Positions 1-11,276 are shown, counted from the first letter of the stretch. The stretch: 64,000 nt of DNA from Tetramitus jugosus (GCA_937625935.1 OW569364.1:124001-188000); one strand, 5' to 3'. The notes: generated by a model not told the origin, from the sequence alone. Numbers and translations are program-made.

Positions 1-3000
1 GGTATAAATTCTATTCTCTGAAAGTTTTGTAATGTGGAGTAGTTCTTGCCACTAAACGACCATATTCTATACTCATCATCGGCACACGTTGGCAGATTTT
101 GAACTCTCGCAATGAATGAATAAGGTTCGAACTGTCTTACTACAATATGCGGATCTTCAATGAGTATATTGGTGTTATCAAGCAGCAAATCTGGCATTTG
201 GAAAGATGCATGTGCTATTCCAACTTTCCTTGCATTGTGAAATACTTCTACCTCAATAATCGAAGGTAAACGACCCATAAATCTAGCCGGCAGGGATATG
301 TTCGCTGTATTGAGAGTTGACAAATAGGAAATCACACTCGATTTCATATCAGCTATTTCATGCATTGACCATGTATAAGTAAAATCTCCCTCAAAACCTG
401 CTATTGTTGCAGTAAAAGTTGCATCTTCACAGTATTTTGTTGGTTGTATGATTACAATAGTGACTGTGACAGTTTTGTTGCATGATGATCCTGCAAATCC
501 TTCGTTACAAACGCAAATATCGCTACCTAAACATGTTCCATTCCCAGAGCATACAAGAGGATCACTCACACTCCTACCAAAACATTGGCCACACATCATG
601 TCCTCTCTAGTAGTATTGTTGGGTTGAAGTTTTAACAAGGTAATGGAAAGAGGTCGATAAGAGCCAAATTGTATGCCATCGAGATAAAGTCCATTTAAAT
701 TCCACGATTGAGGATCGTGACAATTACTGAACCACCATCCAGATTCTTGTGAAATTGCACAATTAAGAGCGGCGACACTTGAATAATTATCGTACGTGCT
801 GAAGGGCACTCCCATTTGCGATATCTCTGGTCCCATTTGAACTGTCAGAGGATAGTTTTGTGTAGAAGAACCAACTTGCATTTGTCCAACATATGATGAT
901 AGTTCGATGTCAGATCCCCAAATATCCAAACTAGCTTGTTGTGAAGAATTTGCTAATAGGTTCAGATTTTCAAGACCAATGAAAAAGTCACCATCCAGTT
1001 CACCAAAACCATTGACATAATCCGTCCATGGCTTGTTAAAATCGACGGTCCCATGTATTCTCTTCTGAATAACGAGAGATGCAGCGGTCATATCACAATA
1101 GACGAGCATCGACTTACAATACGGATAAATTCGATAAACCCCAGAAGGAGAGCTTGGCCATAAATCGAGAATACTTTTACAGTCAATCAACTCACTAGCT
1201 TCTGTAATGTTAAAGAATTGAACTTCCACTACTGAACCGGTCGAATTAAGATAGGGAGCATAGAGTACTGTTATGTTTCGGGTGATATCCGCGCCATTGC
1301 CAGTCATTTGGCTTACAATTGAAGACATTGATGCTCCCCAGTCATTGTACTGAGCATTCAACACTGAGTGACCATTATACACAATACTCTTGTTAGTAAA
1401 TTGAAACCTATTACGATTGACTCTCACTTGCCCTGAAATCCTTAATAGACTGTCAAACCCTGTCGAATGGTTGTCAGTAAAATTGTTCCCTCTAAAGTCA
1501 GATAGCGAACATATCTCTGGGAATACGAGAGAAACGAACACGTCTGATACTATATTATCAATGAAAGTATTACCAATGATAGACATTGGACCTGTGCAGT
1601 AAACAGGACTTTCGAGAGAGAGAAGTGAAGAAGCAGTCATATTTTGAAAAATATTCCCTCGAATCGTCAAGATCCCTTCTCCCTTCTTGTTCACTCTCAC
1701 CGGACCTGAACATCCTTGAAATGAATTGGCTCCTATCGATAAAGTCCAACCTGTTCCTGATTCACTTGTGGTGTTGAGAGGCTCTTGTAAATTAAAAAAC
1801 ATATTGCTTGATACACTGACAGCTACAGAAGCTACATCTACCTGGACGCCCTGTGATGGTCCTGCGAATGAATTACCATCGATCAAGAGCGTTCTCCCAG
1901 ACTTCATGACTATATTCATGATCTGAGTTCCATTCGTTTCAAATATATTGGTGCTAATAAGAGAGGATGCTGTTGGTACTAGGTCGGTTGTAGATAAGGA
2001 TATGATCGGAATTGAAGACATATTTGATCGGAACGTGCTCGCTTGAAGGTAAAAAATTGGCGAGTCTCGAACTTCAAAGCTGGATGCACCGAGAAACTTA
2101 GAATTCATCACATCCACCCGTCCACCAACAACTTTAAGAGTGACTCCAGTTATCTCTGCATGATCTAAATGTATGGTTGATCCTGTATCAACATATATCA
2201 TTGGATGTTGAATACTCCCCTGCTGGCATCGAATGTAAGCAGGTTGCTGAGAAATACCCTGTATAGACAAATATAATGACGAAACTATCGTAGCGCCATC
2301 ACTAACAATAACTGTCGCCCCAGATTGGATCACGATGCTTTCATGCAAAGTGATTGAGTTCTTAACCACATACGTAGTGTTTGTTAGGAACGTAAAAGTT
2401 GAGATGTTACCGTGAATTAAGACAGTGGGACTTGTTTCTGATCCTACTACGATAATCTGATTGTTCAGTGAATCTGGAAATGGAACGCCCGGAATCCACT
2501 TTTTGTTGATTGAACTACTACTCGTAGCCACTATAATATTGCCTCCACTATCAACAGATACTACTTTTCCTATATCAGGACCATCACCTCCAAACACATT
2601 ACATACTGGCGTCATTGTTGATGGAGTGAATAGAAATTTACATATAAATCCATCTGGTACGATGGTGCTCCTAGACGACATCATCACTCCCCCTACAGAG
2701 ACATTACCAAATATACTTCCAGAAACTAGCAGAATATTTGACAATGGATGGTCACTCGAGAAGCTATGAATTTCTAAGGAACCTTGAGATCCAGAAGAGT
2801 TCACAAATGCTATGTTATCAGTAGTAGTCGAGTAGGCCCAAACCTGAGATCCAGTCGGCTCTATGGCAAAACTGAGATCTAGTTTTCTGACAACGAGCTT
2901 TGCTACAGTTTGGGGACCAACAAAACGAATCATGTTTTCTTGGTTTGTCACCTTGTATTCAAATATGAAATTTTTGGCATCAAGAGGTAGGACCATATTA

Positions 3001-3716
3001 TTAAATGACACAGAACTATCCACTGTGCCACTTATAGTTACAATGTTTTTGTAAGCACTGATATATCTTCCAGTATTTTTGCCCGAACCATAGCCTGGAT
3101 TCCCTAGTGGATAAAACTGTCCATCATGATAGCTCCACAGAATAATTCTTGTAGCACCTGTTGAATTTGCCTCAAAACCTGTAAAATAGGTCACATCAGT
3201 CACAGGATCAGTCGCAATATCATAAATTTTGGATCCATTTGCCAAGCTATTGTTAGATAAAGCAGTACCATTCATGTAGAACAAACTTGTAAAACCTTGC
3301 CCATTGATCTCTCCTGCCACAAATATTTTGTTGTTGCCATAGGCCACAGCATTGGGAGAATACGGAAGCACTCTGGTCCACTTAGCAGCACCACCCTTGG
3401 CCATCAACATCACAAACCCAAATGAAGTGACATCCTGCAGTGCATCAGAATTTAATATTGCCTCCTGAACTACAAAACCAATTGTCTTCGTATTATCTGC
3501 TATTCCAACGACAATGAGGTCATCATTAAACAGCACATTGGCAACATCAGTAATGTTCATTCCTCCACTTCTACTCATTGGTGTTTGCCACCCGAGTGAG
3601 AAAGGAGAATCAAGAGTGGTGGCAACAACGGAATGGAACCAACATAGTTGAAACATACATGCCCACAGCAAGAGGGCAAGTAAGTGGTAGAAATTGAATC
3701 TGTGGGCAGTGTTCAT
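1..3716 (-). CDS. Large secreted/surface multidomain protein, 3' end outside the window: signal peptide, probable beta-propeller, parallel beta-helix region, fibrinogen C-terminal (FReD) domain, EGF-like domain, probable REJ/PKD-like region
   Basis: Missing from the ORF track because it runs off the window. Hand translation from ATG 3716 gives MNTAHRFNFYHLLALLLWACMFQLCWFHSVVA (signal peptide). At ~1185-620: DCKSIL..SGVYRIYP..VYCDM..VIQKRIHGTVDFNKPWTDYVNGFGELDGDFFIGLENLN..GVPFSTYDN..NCA..SGWWFSNC..NLNGLY. At ~585-480: EGF-like CFGRSVSDPLVCSGNGTCLGSDICVCNEGFAGSSC. Frame spot-checked open at several places, not every codon. Confidence 0.85.
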   Translation of the reverse strand, partial: MNTAHRFNFYHLLALLLWACMFQLCWFHSVVATTLDSPFSLGWQTPMSRSGGMNITDVANVLFNDDLIVVGIADNTKTIGFVVQEAILNSDALQDVTSFGFVMLMAKGGAAKWTRVLPYSPNAVAYGNNKIFVAGEINGQGFTSLFYMNGTALSNNSLANGSKIYDIATDPVTDVTYFTGFEANSTGATRIILWSYHDGQFYPLGNPGYGSGKNTGRYISAYKNIVTISGTVDSSVSFNNMVLPLDAKNFIFEYKVTNQENMIRFVGPQTVAKLVVRKLDLSFAIEPTGSQVWAYSTTTDNIAFVNSSGSQGSLEIHSFSSDHPLSNILLVSGSIFGNVSVGGVMMSSRSTIVPDGFICKFLFTPSTMTPVCNVFGGDGPDIGKVVSVDSGGNIIVATSSSSINKKWIPGVPFPDSLNNQIIVVGSETSPTVLIHGNISTFTFLTNTTYVVKNSITLHESIVIQSGATVIVSDGATIVSSLYLSIQGISQQPAYIRCQQGSIQHPMIYVDTGSTIHLDHAEITGVTLKVVGGRVDVMNSKFLGASSFEVRDSPIFYLQASTFRSNMSSIPIISLSTTDLVPTASSLISTNIFETNGTQIMNIVMKSGRTLLIDGNSFAGPSQGVQVDVASVAVSVSSNMFFNLQEPLNTTSESGTGWTLSIGANSFQGCSGPVRVNKKGEGILTIRGNIFQNMTASSLLSLESPVYCTGPMSIIGNTFIDNIVSDVFVSLVFPEICSLSDFRGNNFTDNHSTGFDSLLRISGQVRVNRNRFQFTNKSIVYNGHSVLNAQYNDWGASMSSIVSQMTGNGADITRNITVLYAPYLNSTGSVVEVQFFNITEASELIDCKSILDLWPSSPSGVYRIYPYCKSMLVYCDMTAASLVIQKRIHGTVDFNKPWTDYVNGFGELDGDFFIGLENLNLLANSSQQASLDIWGSDIELSSYVGQMQVGSSTQNYPLTVQMGPEISQMGVPFSTYDNYSSVAALNCAISQESGWWFSNCHDPQSWNLNGLYLDGIQFGSYRPLSITLLKLQPNNTTREDMMCGQCFGRSVSDPLVCSGNGTCLGSDICVCNEGFAGSSCNKTVTVTIVIIQPTKYCEDATFTATIAGFEGDFTYTWSMHEIADMKSSVISYLSTLNTANISLPARFMGRLPSIIEVEVFHNARKVGIAHASFQMPDLLLDNTNILIEDPHIVVRQFEPYSFIARVQNLPTCADDEYRIWSFSGKNYSTLQNFQRIEFI

Positions 3717-4060
3717 TTGAATTTGTTGAGTGTTGTGAGAACTCACAACGAATCGGTAGAAAAGTTCAACCTGCACTTGACATGACACTCGAGTTACCCT
3801 GGGATAGGGTGGGGGAATTGTACGCGCGATGGAACGGAAAATACCAGGTATCAGAATTGCTTCTTTTGGTGAACATACCTTCGACAGAAAGCAATCTTTC
3901 GTGAAAACTCACTGACATCAAGTAGATCATATCAGAAGTCGTTTTCACATGTGGATGTCGATGAGAAGAGTTACTGTAGTTGTTCACCTTGTTTTTATCT
4001 TGGAAGATAAAAGTTTTTTGTGATTTTCCGACAGAAACAAAACAAAAACAAAAGTTTGAC

Positions 4061-5259
4061 ATGGAGGACACTGTATCGATTGCCCGGACTGATATGAGCT
4101 CTTCTTCGAAGAATCACCTGTAAGTGTTTGAGCAGTCTTGAATTAATAGTAGCAAGTAACAAAAAGCTTACTCTTTTTCATTGTTATCTATTTACAGATA
4201 CAAGCTATTGGTTGTCGGTGATTATGCAGTAGGAAAAACTTCATTGATTCGCAGATACTGCACTGGAGAATTCACATCCAACTACCGTATTACCATTGGA
4301 GTTGATTTTTGTATGAAGCATATGGACTGGGACGATAGCACATCAGTGTCACTTCAGTTGTGGGATATTGCAGGTATGACTTTTTTCTATCCATGATGGA
4401 TTTTTTTGGTGAGATCCATGTGCTTTTTGCAAACTCGACATTTTTTGGTGGTGATGTGTTGTGATGATCGTGGATGATTGAGCGGTAGTTAGTTGTTCTT
4501 TGTGTGTAACAAATGGCGCCATTTTTTTATTGTAAAGTTGGATGACGAAACTTTTGAGGCCATGATGAGCTTACACCAAGGCTTTTTTGTATTTTTGTTG
4601 ACAACATACAGGTCATGAACGTTTTGGAGCCATGACACGAGTTTACTACAAATTTGCAATTGCTGCTGTTGTTTGTTTTGACATTTCCCGTCCATCTACG
4701 TTGGACAATGTCAAAAAATGGAGAGATGATATTACGGACAAGGTTGTGTTGCCTGATGGTTCACCCATACCAATGATTTTGTTGGCCAACAAGGTAGGAT
4801 ATACGTTTTTCCTCAGTTTTATTTCATTTTGACTATAAAACTTCTAACACAACAAAATTGTGTGCTGATAATTAGTGTGATTTGCCTGATATTACCATTG
4901 ATAAGGCCAAAATGACACGATTTGCTACTCAAAACGGGTTCTTGGCATGGTTCGAAACCAGTGCTAAAAACAATTTGAACATTGACAATTCGTTCAAGAC
5001 ACTTGTTGGACACATTCTAAAGCTAAGCAAGACAATGAGAATTGCACCACCAGATACCAATATGAACACTGGATCTCTCAATGTTATTGGTGCCACATCA
5101 ACCAAGAAGGCACTTCCCTATAGAGACTACTCTGATGAATATCAGAGCAATGGCAATGTGGATGATGAGGAAAAGCAACGGAGAAACGAAGGACGAACGA
5201 GCACAGGCAACAATGGCGGTGCTTCTCAATCAAGATTTTCAAACAGTTGCTGCACATGA
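4061..5259 (+). CDS. RAB32: Rab32/38-family small GTPase; 4 exons (4061-4119, 4198-4373, 4612-4793, 4876-5259)
   Basis: GDYAVGKTS, TIGVDF, WDIAGHERFG (WDIAG is the Rab32/38/29 hallmark), LLANKCD, ETSAK and C-terminal CCT. GT-AG introns join the pieces in frame. Confidence 0.9.
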
Positions 5260-5622
5260 TGCGTGTGGTGTGGAGATGATCCATGTTTGTTCACATGTGC
5301 CACACAATACGATATTTATATGTGTGCATGTGTTGAGCGGCAGCCCATGTGTGCAATGTGGCAACAGTGTGTATGTGGAGTAGAGTGGAGTAGTTGTGTT
5401 TACGTGTGAAACAGATCTGGTGGCATATTTGATTCCAATACTACCTCTCTTCTCCGACGACTTCATTGGCACATTTATCTCTTGTTTGAGTGTGTAGGAT
5501 ATACGAATATATTTTCTTTCAACTGGAATTCTCATTCTCTCGTTATTGTTGTTCTTGAGTGACACTATCCAGTGTTTCGGCGGCCAAATGTTGATTTCCC
5601 GGTTACGGTTTTTATTCGTTTC

Positions 5623-7077
5623 ATGACCCCTGGTTCAAAGCAAACATCAAAGGAGACGATGCGTTCAAGTAGTACTCTATCGTCGAGAGACAGAAAGCGA
5701 AGTAGAGGTTCGAACAAGGGTTCTTCATCGCCTCTGCAATCGCCCCCGTCCGAGAGCCCACAGAAGGGTCTATTCATATCGAACTGTCTGACTCAAACTT
5801 CTGGACTTGGGTCTTCTTCCGCCACTACTGTCCATTCTTCTCGGTCAAGAAGAAATTCAACTCCTCCTGTGAGCTCCTCTTCCGACGGCTATCCAAACAA
5901 TCTAAGTACACTCTCATCTTCGCTTCCTTCGCTCCAATTCAAGAGACCAACAACAAGAAACGACCATCGACATGCCCGAAAACAAATGTTAATGAATTCA
6001 ACTACAGCAATTACTGGTGTATCGGGACATTACAACAATTCAAAATATGTATTGGAGGCTATATGTGACACATTGGAACAGATGTCTCAAAATGATTGGC
6101 TACTCGGTGGAAGTTCGAACAATTCAACCACCGGATCCAGTGCTAACAACAGTTATGTTGATGAGTATAAACTAATGACGGACTCGACATCCTACCAACA
6201 CGATTACAAAGATTGGAAAAATAAAACCAAGTTGGTAAACGGATCTGCAAAGAAAGCTGGCCGGAAAAAGAATACACCTAAGATGGTTTATCAGACAGCT
6301 CCATTTGGAGTACTACTATCAGAACCTATGAAGTCATTGTACAATCAAGACTTTGATATCTGCACAGAAAAGCTAGATATTCAAAACAAAGACAGAATAC
6401 TAAAAAATCCTATTCTGAACAATCCTTGGAACAACTTATCAGATACTGATACGATCGATGAGCATGATAATGAAACCAAGATAAACGGACAACACACAAC
6501 CCTTTTAGAAACAGTGAATGAGAAGGGCATCGAAGAGGAGGAGAAAGGAATACAAGAGGATAGTTCCAATGTTACAGCTGTTGTGACGTCTGAAGTCAAA
6601 ACCAAAGAACCAACAGATCCTGTCCTCATGAAGACAAATACATTATTCTTTTCGAACCATCCTTCAGAGAGGAACATCTCTGTGGAAGATTTTGAAGCTC
6701 AGGATGTAATAGGTCAACATCGACCAAAAACATCAAGTTCAATGGACAGTAACTATCTGAGAAGACAAAAATCAGATACGTGTTCGGTATTCAGCTATCG
6801 AAGTTCATCTTCGCATTCAAGCAGGAGATCTGGAAGATCTAGATCAAAACTCGGAAAGCCAGTCTATCTACAGCGGTATCAACCCCTATTGCAAGAGATT
6901 GGGAGTGAGATGTATACAAGCCCAGAGGTTTGTAACAATGATATCGTTCCCAGCAGAATCGCAACTCCAATACGGAGAGACGAACTTTATAGGATCGGGG
7001 CAGAGACTGGTAGAAGCACTAGCTCAAGACTCTTTGGCTCTCGAATGTCTGTCGATATTCTGAATTGTTCTTTATAA
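5623..7077 (+). CDS. Ser-rich low-complexity hypothetical protein
   Basis: ~485-codon open frame from the first ATG; no recognisable domain. Confidence 0.65.
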   Translation: MTPGSKQTSKETMRSSSTLSSRDRKRSRGSNKGSSSPLQSPPSESPQKGLFISNCLTQTSGLGSSSATTVHSSRSRRNSTPPVSSSSDGYPNNLSTLSSSLPSLQFKRPTTRNDHRHARKQMLMNSTTAITGVSGHYNNSKYVLEAICDTLEQMSQNDWLLGGSSNNSTTGSSANNSYVDEYKLMTDSTSYQHDYKDWKNKTKLVNGSAKKAGRKKNTPKMVYQTAPFGVLLSEPMKSLYNQDFDICTEKLDIQNKDRILKNPILNNPWNNLSDTDTIDEHDNETKINGQHTTLLETVNEKGIEEEEKGIQEDSSNVTAVVTSEVKTKEPTDPVLMKTNTLFFSNHPSERNISVEDFEAQDVIGQHRPKTSSSMDSNYLRRQKSDTCSVFSYRSSSSHSSRRSGRSRSKLGKPVYLQRYQPLLQEIGSEMYTSPEVCNNDIVPSRIATPIRRDELYRIGAETGRSTSSRLFGSRMSVDILNCSL

Positions 7078-7093
7078 AGAGGTGATCAAGTTG

Positions 7094-8827
7094 TTATATG
7101 ATACTCCGTTTGGACAGTCTCTCATTCAAGGAAGGAACTCGTTCTTTTGTTGTACATAGCGTAGATCGACTTCTACCATTCTGGATAGATGATATTCTTC
7201 GAAGACAGTATTCTGAGAGATACTCACTTTCCTGGAAGTCACTCAATGATAAAACATTAATCCTGTTGGTTAACCAGAGCACCTCAGATGAGAAAGCAAG
7301 GAAATCGTCTCGTACCTTGAAAAACTGAAGCAAATCATTGTATCTTTTGATGATGGGAAACTGAAGGATGAAATGCAGCTTCCGCAAGCACACAGGGCAC
7401 AAAAACATTGGTGCTTGATCATCTTCGTAAAGTGAGGCCGTTCCATTCATTAAACAGGCGAAGTATATACAATGTTTAAGCCCAAAAATATGGAGTACCT
7501 CATGAGTGACAGTTTTCAAAGACCTTCGAAGTATGGTACTGATCCTACAGCTTTGGTACTCACATGATCCCACCTTTGGGAGAGGAGTGCACACCTCCGT
7601 ACGGCTTCTGGTCTTCCGATTGTTTAACTTGACGAATAGAGGATCATATCGAGAAAAACTAAAGAGTCCACAGCGAGTACCAGCCCATCCAACAACAAAT
7701 AAGTCAGCATCATCCATGTATAGATCCCACATTGTGATTCCAATCACGCATACAGCATCCCGTGGTATCATACTCTCTATCATGGCTAAAATATCAGAAA
7801 TGTACAGCTGTGACAGATCGTGATCAATAGCTTTGCGACATGCAACTGGACGGACATCATTCTCTGCAATTTCAAAGTACACACAACAATTAGTGTTACT
7901 TTGTTCATTGTCCTTTTGTGGTTGAAACTCCAACTTGTTTACAGGATCGTCCTTCTCATACCAACTCTCATTGCTTTTCACATAGTTATTTGGAGCAAGG
8001 GACTCTTTTGGAATGCTGTAACGTCTCAATGTTTGAAACTGAACATCTTCAAATGACTCCCCGTGATCTGACAACAATGGAAAAGGTCCATGGTAGATAC
8101 TTGCATCAAAGTCACTTTCACTATCGATTTGAACCTTAGCTGTTTGAAGAGATCTCAGTCGAAGTGCTTCCTTTGACTCTCGCTTTCTATTCTTCTCGTC
8201 AATAACTCCTGTCTCGCGTTCCGTCGAGAGATTGCAAGAACCTTTGGTTTCCATGTTCGTTGTTGGTGCAGGAGGATAGCCTTTTCGAACTTGAATTGCA
8301 GGCATATTCTCTATCAGATTCGGCATCTGAAGGAACACTGACATGTACTCCGAAAGTACCCGCAAGTCTAGAAGACGATCCACCCCAAATGAGCCGATAG
8401 GCAGCATGTACACCTTGTTTCTCTTGGTGTCATTATCGTCACTGTAATTGGTGATTGTATTCAAATTTGATTGAACGAAATCTTGAAAAGTTTGTCCCTT
8501 CTCCGTGTATTGACTCAACCAATCGGAAGGACCTGGAATGGGCAAGGGAAGGAAGCAATGTTCTGGTTCCAAAAGAGGAGGAACAGGCTCCCCAATGGCA
8601 CTGCGAATCACAGAGTCAGTCGGGCACTGGAATGGAGTAATTATGGTGCTGGTTGATGAATCCAGGTCCTCACTCATTGTTTCAATGGATAATGTCACAT
8701 CAGTAGAGGTTTGGTTGACTGGCGAGAACACCGGTTGACAATTGTCCGTGCTTTGCTCATTGTCTGAAATGGGAGTATCCTGGGCTTCTTCGGTTGTATC
8801 CATGCTATGATACGTACCATTATCCAT
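7094..8827 (-). CDS. AMZ2: Archaemetzincin-type zinc metalloprotease (peptidase M54)
   Basis: HEVLHIFGLKHCIYFACLMNG zinc motif, CPVCLRKL Cys cluster, N-terminal PGPSDWL..E.GQTF. Confidence 0.9.
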   Translation of the reverse strand: MDNGTYHSMDTTEEAQDTPISDNEQSTDNCQPVFSPVNQTSTDVTLSIETMSEDLDSSTSTIITPFQCPTDSVIRSAIGEPVPPLLEPEHCFLPLPIPGPSDWLSQYTEKGQTFQDFVQSNLNTITNYSDDNDTKRNKVYMLPIGSFGVDRLLDLRVLSEYMSVFLQMPNLIENMPAIQVRKGYPPAPTTNMETKGSCNLSTERETGVIDEKNRKRESKEALRLRSLQTAKVQIDSESDFDASIYHGPFPLLSDHGESFEDVQFQTLRRYSIPKESLAPNNYVKSNESWYEKDDPVNKLEFQPQKDNEQSNTNCCVYFEIAENDVRPVACRKAIDHDLSQLYISDILAMIESMIPRDAVCVIGITMWDLYMDDADLFVVGWAGTRCGLFSFSRYDPLFVKLNNRKTRSRTEVCTPLPKVGSCEYQSCRISTILRRSLKTVTHEVLHIFGLKHCIYFACLMNGTASLYEDDQAPMFLCPVCLRKLHFILQFPIIKRYNDLLQFFKVRDDFLAFSSEVLWLTNRINVLSLSDFQESEYLSEYCLRRISSIQNGRSRSTLCTTKERVPSLNERLSKRSII

Positions 8828-8926
8828 GTCTCTTTGTTTGAATATTGATGAAAACTCAACAACACGGGTTCTCGGCTCTGTCTGATCAGAACCAGAAGAT
8901 TACCTAATTCCGCTCTTTTATCCGTG

Positions 8927-8936
8927 CCCGCCAAAA
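8927..8936 (-). promoter_or_regulatory. E2F-like site (TTTTGGCGGG) in the AMZ2/ORC6 divergent promoter
   Basis: CCCGCCAAAA on +, matching TTTSSCGS on -, ~70 bp upstream of the ORC6 ATG. Replication-licensing genes are typical E2F targets. Confidence 0.4.
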
Positions 8937-9005
8937 TAGTTGAAATTCATCCAAAAAAAGGAACGTTAGCATTTTTCGTTGAACATCACGTCCGGTCACA
9001 CTTGC

Positions 9006-10016
9006 ATGAGTATGTCGTCTTCTTCACTGTCCATACAGCCTGCTGTTGTCCAAAAAGCTGGTGTGAGCAAATTGGTGAACCGTGCGACGAACAAGGCCAA
9101 CGAGTACTTTCGTCTCATCAATGCCAAGTGTCCTCCTTATGGTGAGCTTCCGACGCCTCAAGCCAACATTGCAAAGGTCATGATCTGTATACAACTCGCT
9201 TGCATCTTCCATGATATTCCATATGACAAGTCAGAGCTTGGTCGGCTCAGTGGTGTCTCTCAACAAGACTACATTGCCAGTTTAAACATTGTACGGAATG
9301 TTTTGGAACTGAAGCCTCAGATACAGTTCTCGGTGTTGTGCAAGGAGTTTGGATGCCCTGGAATGAGCAATGCAGCGGAAAGATGTCTCGACATGTACAA
9401 GAAGAAGTTTGTGGAGAAGGTGAGCGACTTGAATAAGAATCGTGTTGATTTTTCAGCACCAGCCTACAAGGCTGTTGCATTCTTTATTACGGCTCGACAC
9501 TTGAAGTTTAAGGTTGATCGAAACAAATTGATGGAGGTGACAAGTTGTACCAATGTTCAATTTAGTAATGTTTTGTCTTCCATGACAGAGTTGTGTGATT
9601 TGAAGGAGTTGATTGTAACTGACTCATTGAAGGATATAAGAGAGCGTGTCACAGAACAGCGGAAGAAAAAGTTGGAAAAGGAAGAGAAGAAGAATCAGCC
9701 TGAGCAAACCGAACAGGAGAAGAGTGCAAAAATAGAGGCTCATTTGACTGAGCTCATGAAGAAGAATCGGTACCTTGATGTGAACACTGAGCTTTCCAAC
9801 ACAGCTGTCGAGAAGTTTATTCAGGCTGACAAGAAGAAACAACCCGAGAATGAATCAGCAGAGAACAATACGAACTCTACCCACACTGCGCAAACCAATA
9901 ATAACAGTACACTCAAGAGACCTCGACCACAATCATTCCTTGAATCTGAAAAGGTGAAACCAAAGTCTAAGAAGATGAAACAATTGGTTTTGAATTTCAA
10001 TAACAATCCAGAATAG
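9006..10016 (+). CDS. ORC6: Origin recognition complex subunit 6
   Basis: KANEYFRL..ICIQLAC..LSG..LC.EFGC..DFSAPAYKAVAFF..KFKVDRNKL pattern. Confidence 0.85.
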   Translation: MSMSSSSLSIQPAVVQKAGVSKLVNRATNKANEYFRLINAKCPPYGELPTPQANIAKVMICIQLACIFHDIPYDKSELGRLSGVSQQDYIASLNIVRNVLELKPQIQFSVLCKEFGCPGMSNAAERCLDMYKKKFVEKVSDLNKNRVDFSAPAYKAVAFFITARHLKFKVDRNKLMEVTSCTNVQFSNVLSSMTELCDLKELIVTDSLKDIRERVTEQRKKKLEKEEKKNQPEQTEQEKSAKIEAHLTELMKKNRYLDVNTELSNTAVEKFIQADKKKQPENESAENNTNSTHTAQTNNNSTLKRPRPQSFLESEKVKPKSKKMKQLVLNFNNNPE

Positions 10017-10037
10017 AATTATTTATATATATAAGAC

Positions 10038-11189
10038 TCATTTTGGTGTTTTCATCTTTTTCAAGGCTCTTTGATGGGCAAGGGCACCTAGAGCACCATC
10101 AATCTTTCTTTTCTTAGTCTTTACTTTCATGGCATCATAGGTATGCAAGAACTCATTGTACTCTCCCTTGAAATCCTCGTCAGTTTTCGGTGTGGGAATA
10201 ACATCTTCTTCGATCTCTATGACTTCATTCTCCGGATTGAGCAACTCTCTGACTGGCTTGTTCACGGACGGAGCGTTTCGTCTCAAGAACTTTGTAATCT
10301 GAGAGAGTTGAGTAGCAAACTTTGAACTTGGTACTACTACCTTGATCACTGGCCCAGACTTGGAATTCGGATCAAATCTAAGTGCAAACACAATCTTCAC
10401 TGCAGATTTGGCATCTTTAACTTTCTGGAGAGAAGCAGAGACCCGCAAAGCACTAGTAATTTGATCAGAAAGCTCTTTGGTGAGCTTCTTAGCGTGAACG
10501 TGACTCCTAGCATCATTTAAATGGGTATTGCACGTCACTAAATGGTTCTTCAATTTAGGGTTACAAGCGAACCAAAACATGTAGAATCTAGCGAGAATAT
10601 AACGGTCTCTTGAATCATAATTCGAGTTCTTAATCAGTGTAATCGTACGCACAATCTCAGATATAATCTTTTCAGCCAACTCAAATTCATAACAGTACAT
10701 GCACGACTCGACCAATAACTCTAGTAAAATGGGCTGTGATTCAAGAATTGTCTTATAGTCCAATTGCGATAACTTTCTTAACAATTCGACCAGGATATCA
10801 CCACCCTCACGCCTATTTCTCTGTTGTTCAAACAAAATGATAGACACATACTTTAGCAACCGAACGAAATGAACATCCAACAACACTTGGTTCAATTCAG
10901 AGACACACTTGGCAAACGGCAGAACGACATCATAACAAAAATCGATGAGAAATGATTCGGGATTGGATAGCTCAGGCTCCAAAATCAATTTGCCTTGAAT
11001 TCTCTTCATGAACAAATATGCTGTATTACGGAGTCTGCTCTTGACAAAAGCCGAGAACAACTCGACATCTTTGGCATCGAATGCCTGTGAAAAAACTTGG
11101 AGACCATCTTGTTTAAAATTGATGCCTTCCTTTAAGAACTGGGCATGGGTCTTATCTGGTGGAGAAACAGTCGTTTTTCCCTTGGGCAT
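10038..11189 (-). CDS. Hypothetical helical protein with basic C-terminus
   Basis: Long ORF. Start placed at MPKGK (11189) to avoid overlapping the divergent neighbour; the ORF track extends to 11306. Confidence 0.6.
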   Translation of the reverse strand: MPKGKTTVSPPDKTHAQFLKEGINFKQDGLQVFSQAFDAKDVELFSAFVKSRLRNTAYLFMKRIQGKLILEPELSNPESFLIDFCYDVVLPFAKCVSELNQVLLDVHFVRLLKYVSIILFEQQRNRREGGDILVELLRKLSQLDYKTILESQPILLELLVESCMYCYEFELAEKIISEIVRTITLIKNSNYDSRDRYILARFYMFWFACNPKLKNHLVTCNTHLNDARSHVHAKKLTKELSDQITSALRVSASLQKVKDAKSAVKIVFALRFDPNSKSGPVIKVVVPSSKFATQLSQITKFLRRNAPSVNKPVRELLNPENEVIEIEEDVIPTPKTDEDFKGEYNEFLHTYDAMKVKTKKRKIDGALGALAHQRALKKMKTPK

Positions 11190-11276
11190 CTCTTGGTTCC
11201 TCCAACAAAAGTCTTGTCTTGTCTTGGCTTCCAAAAACACGAAATTCAAGTTCAAGTTTTTTAGAGATTGTTGCAC

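Noticed and set aside
1417-3054. Short plus-strand ORFs in the first 3 kb
   Set aside because: They are antisense shadows of the long minus-strand gene.
4374-4611. Intronic C/D snoRNA in Rab intron 2 (several TGATGA)
   Set aside because: No suitably placed CTGA D box or terminal stem.
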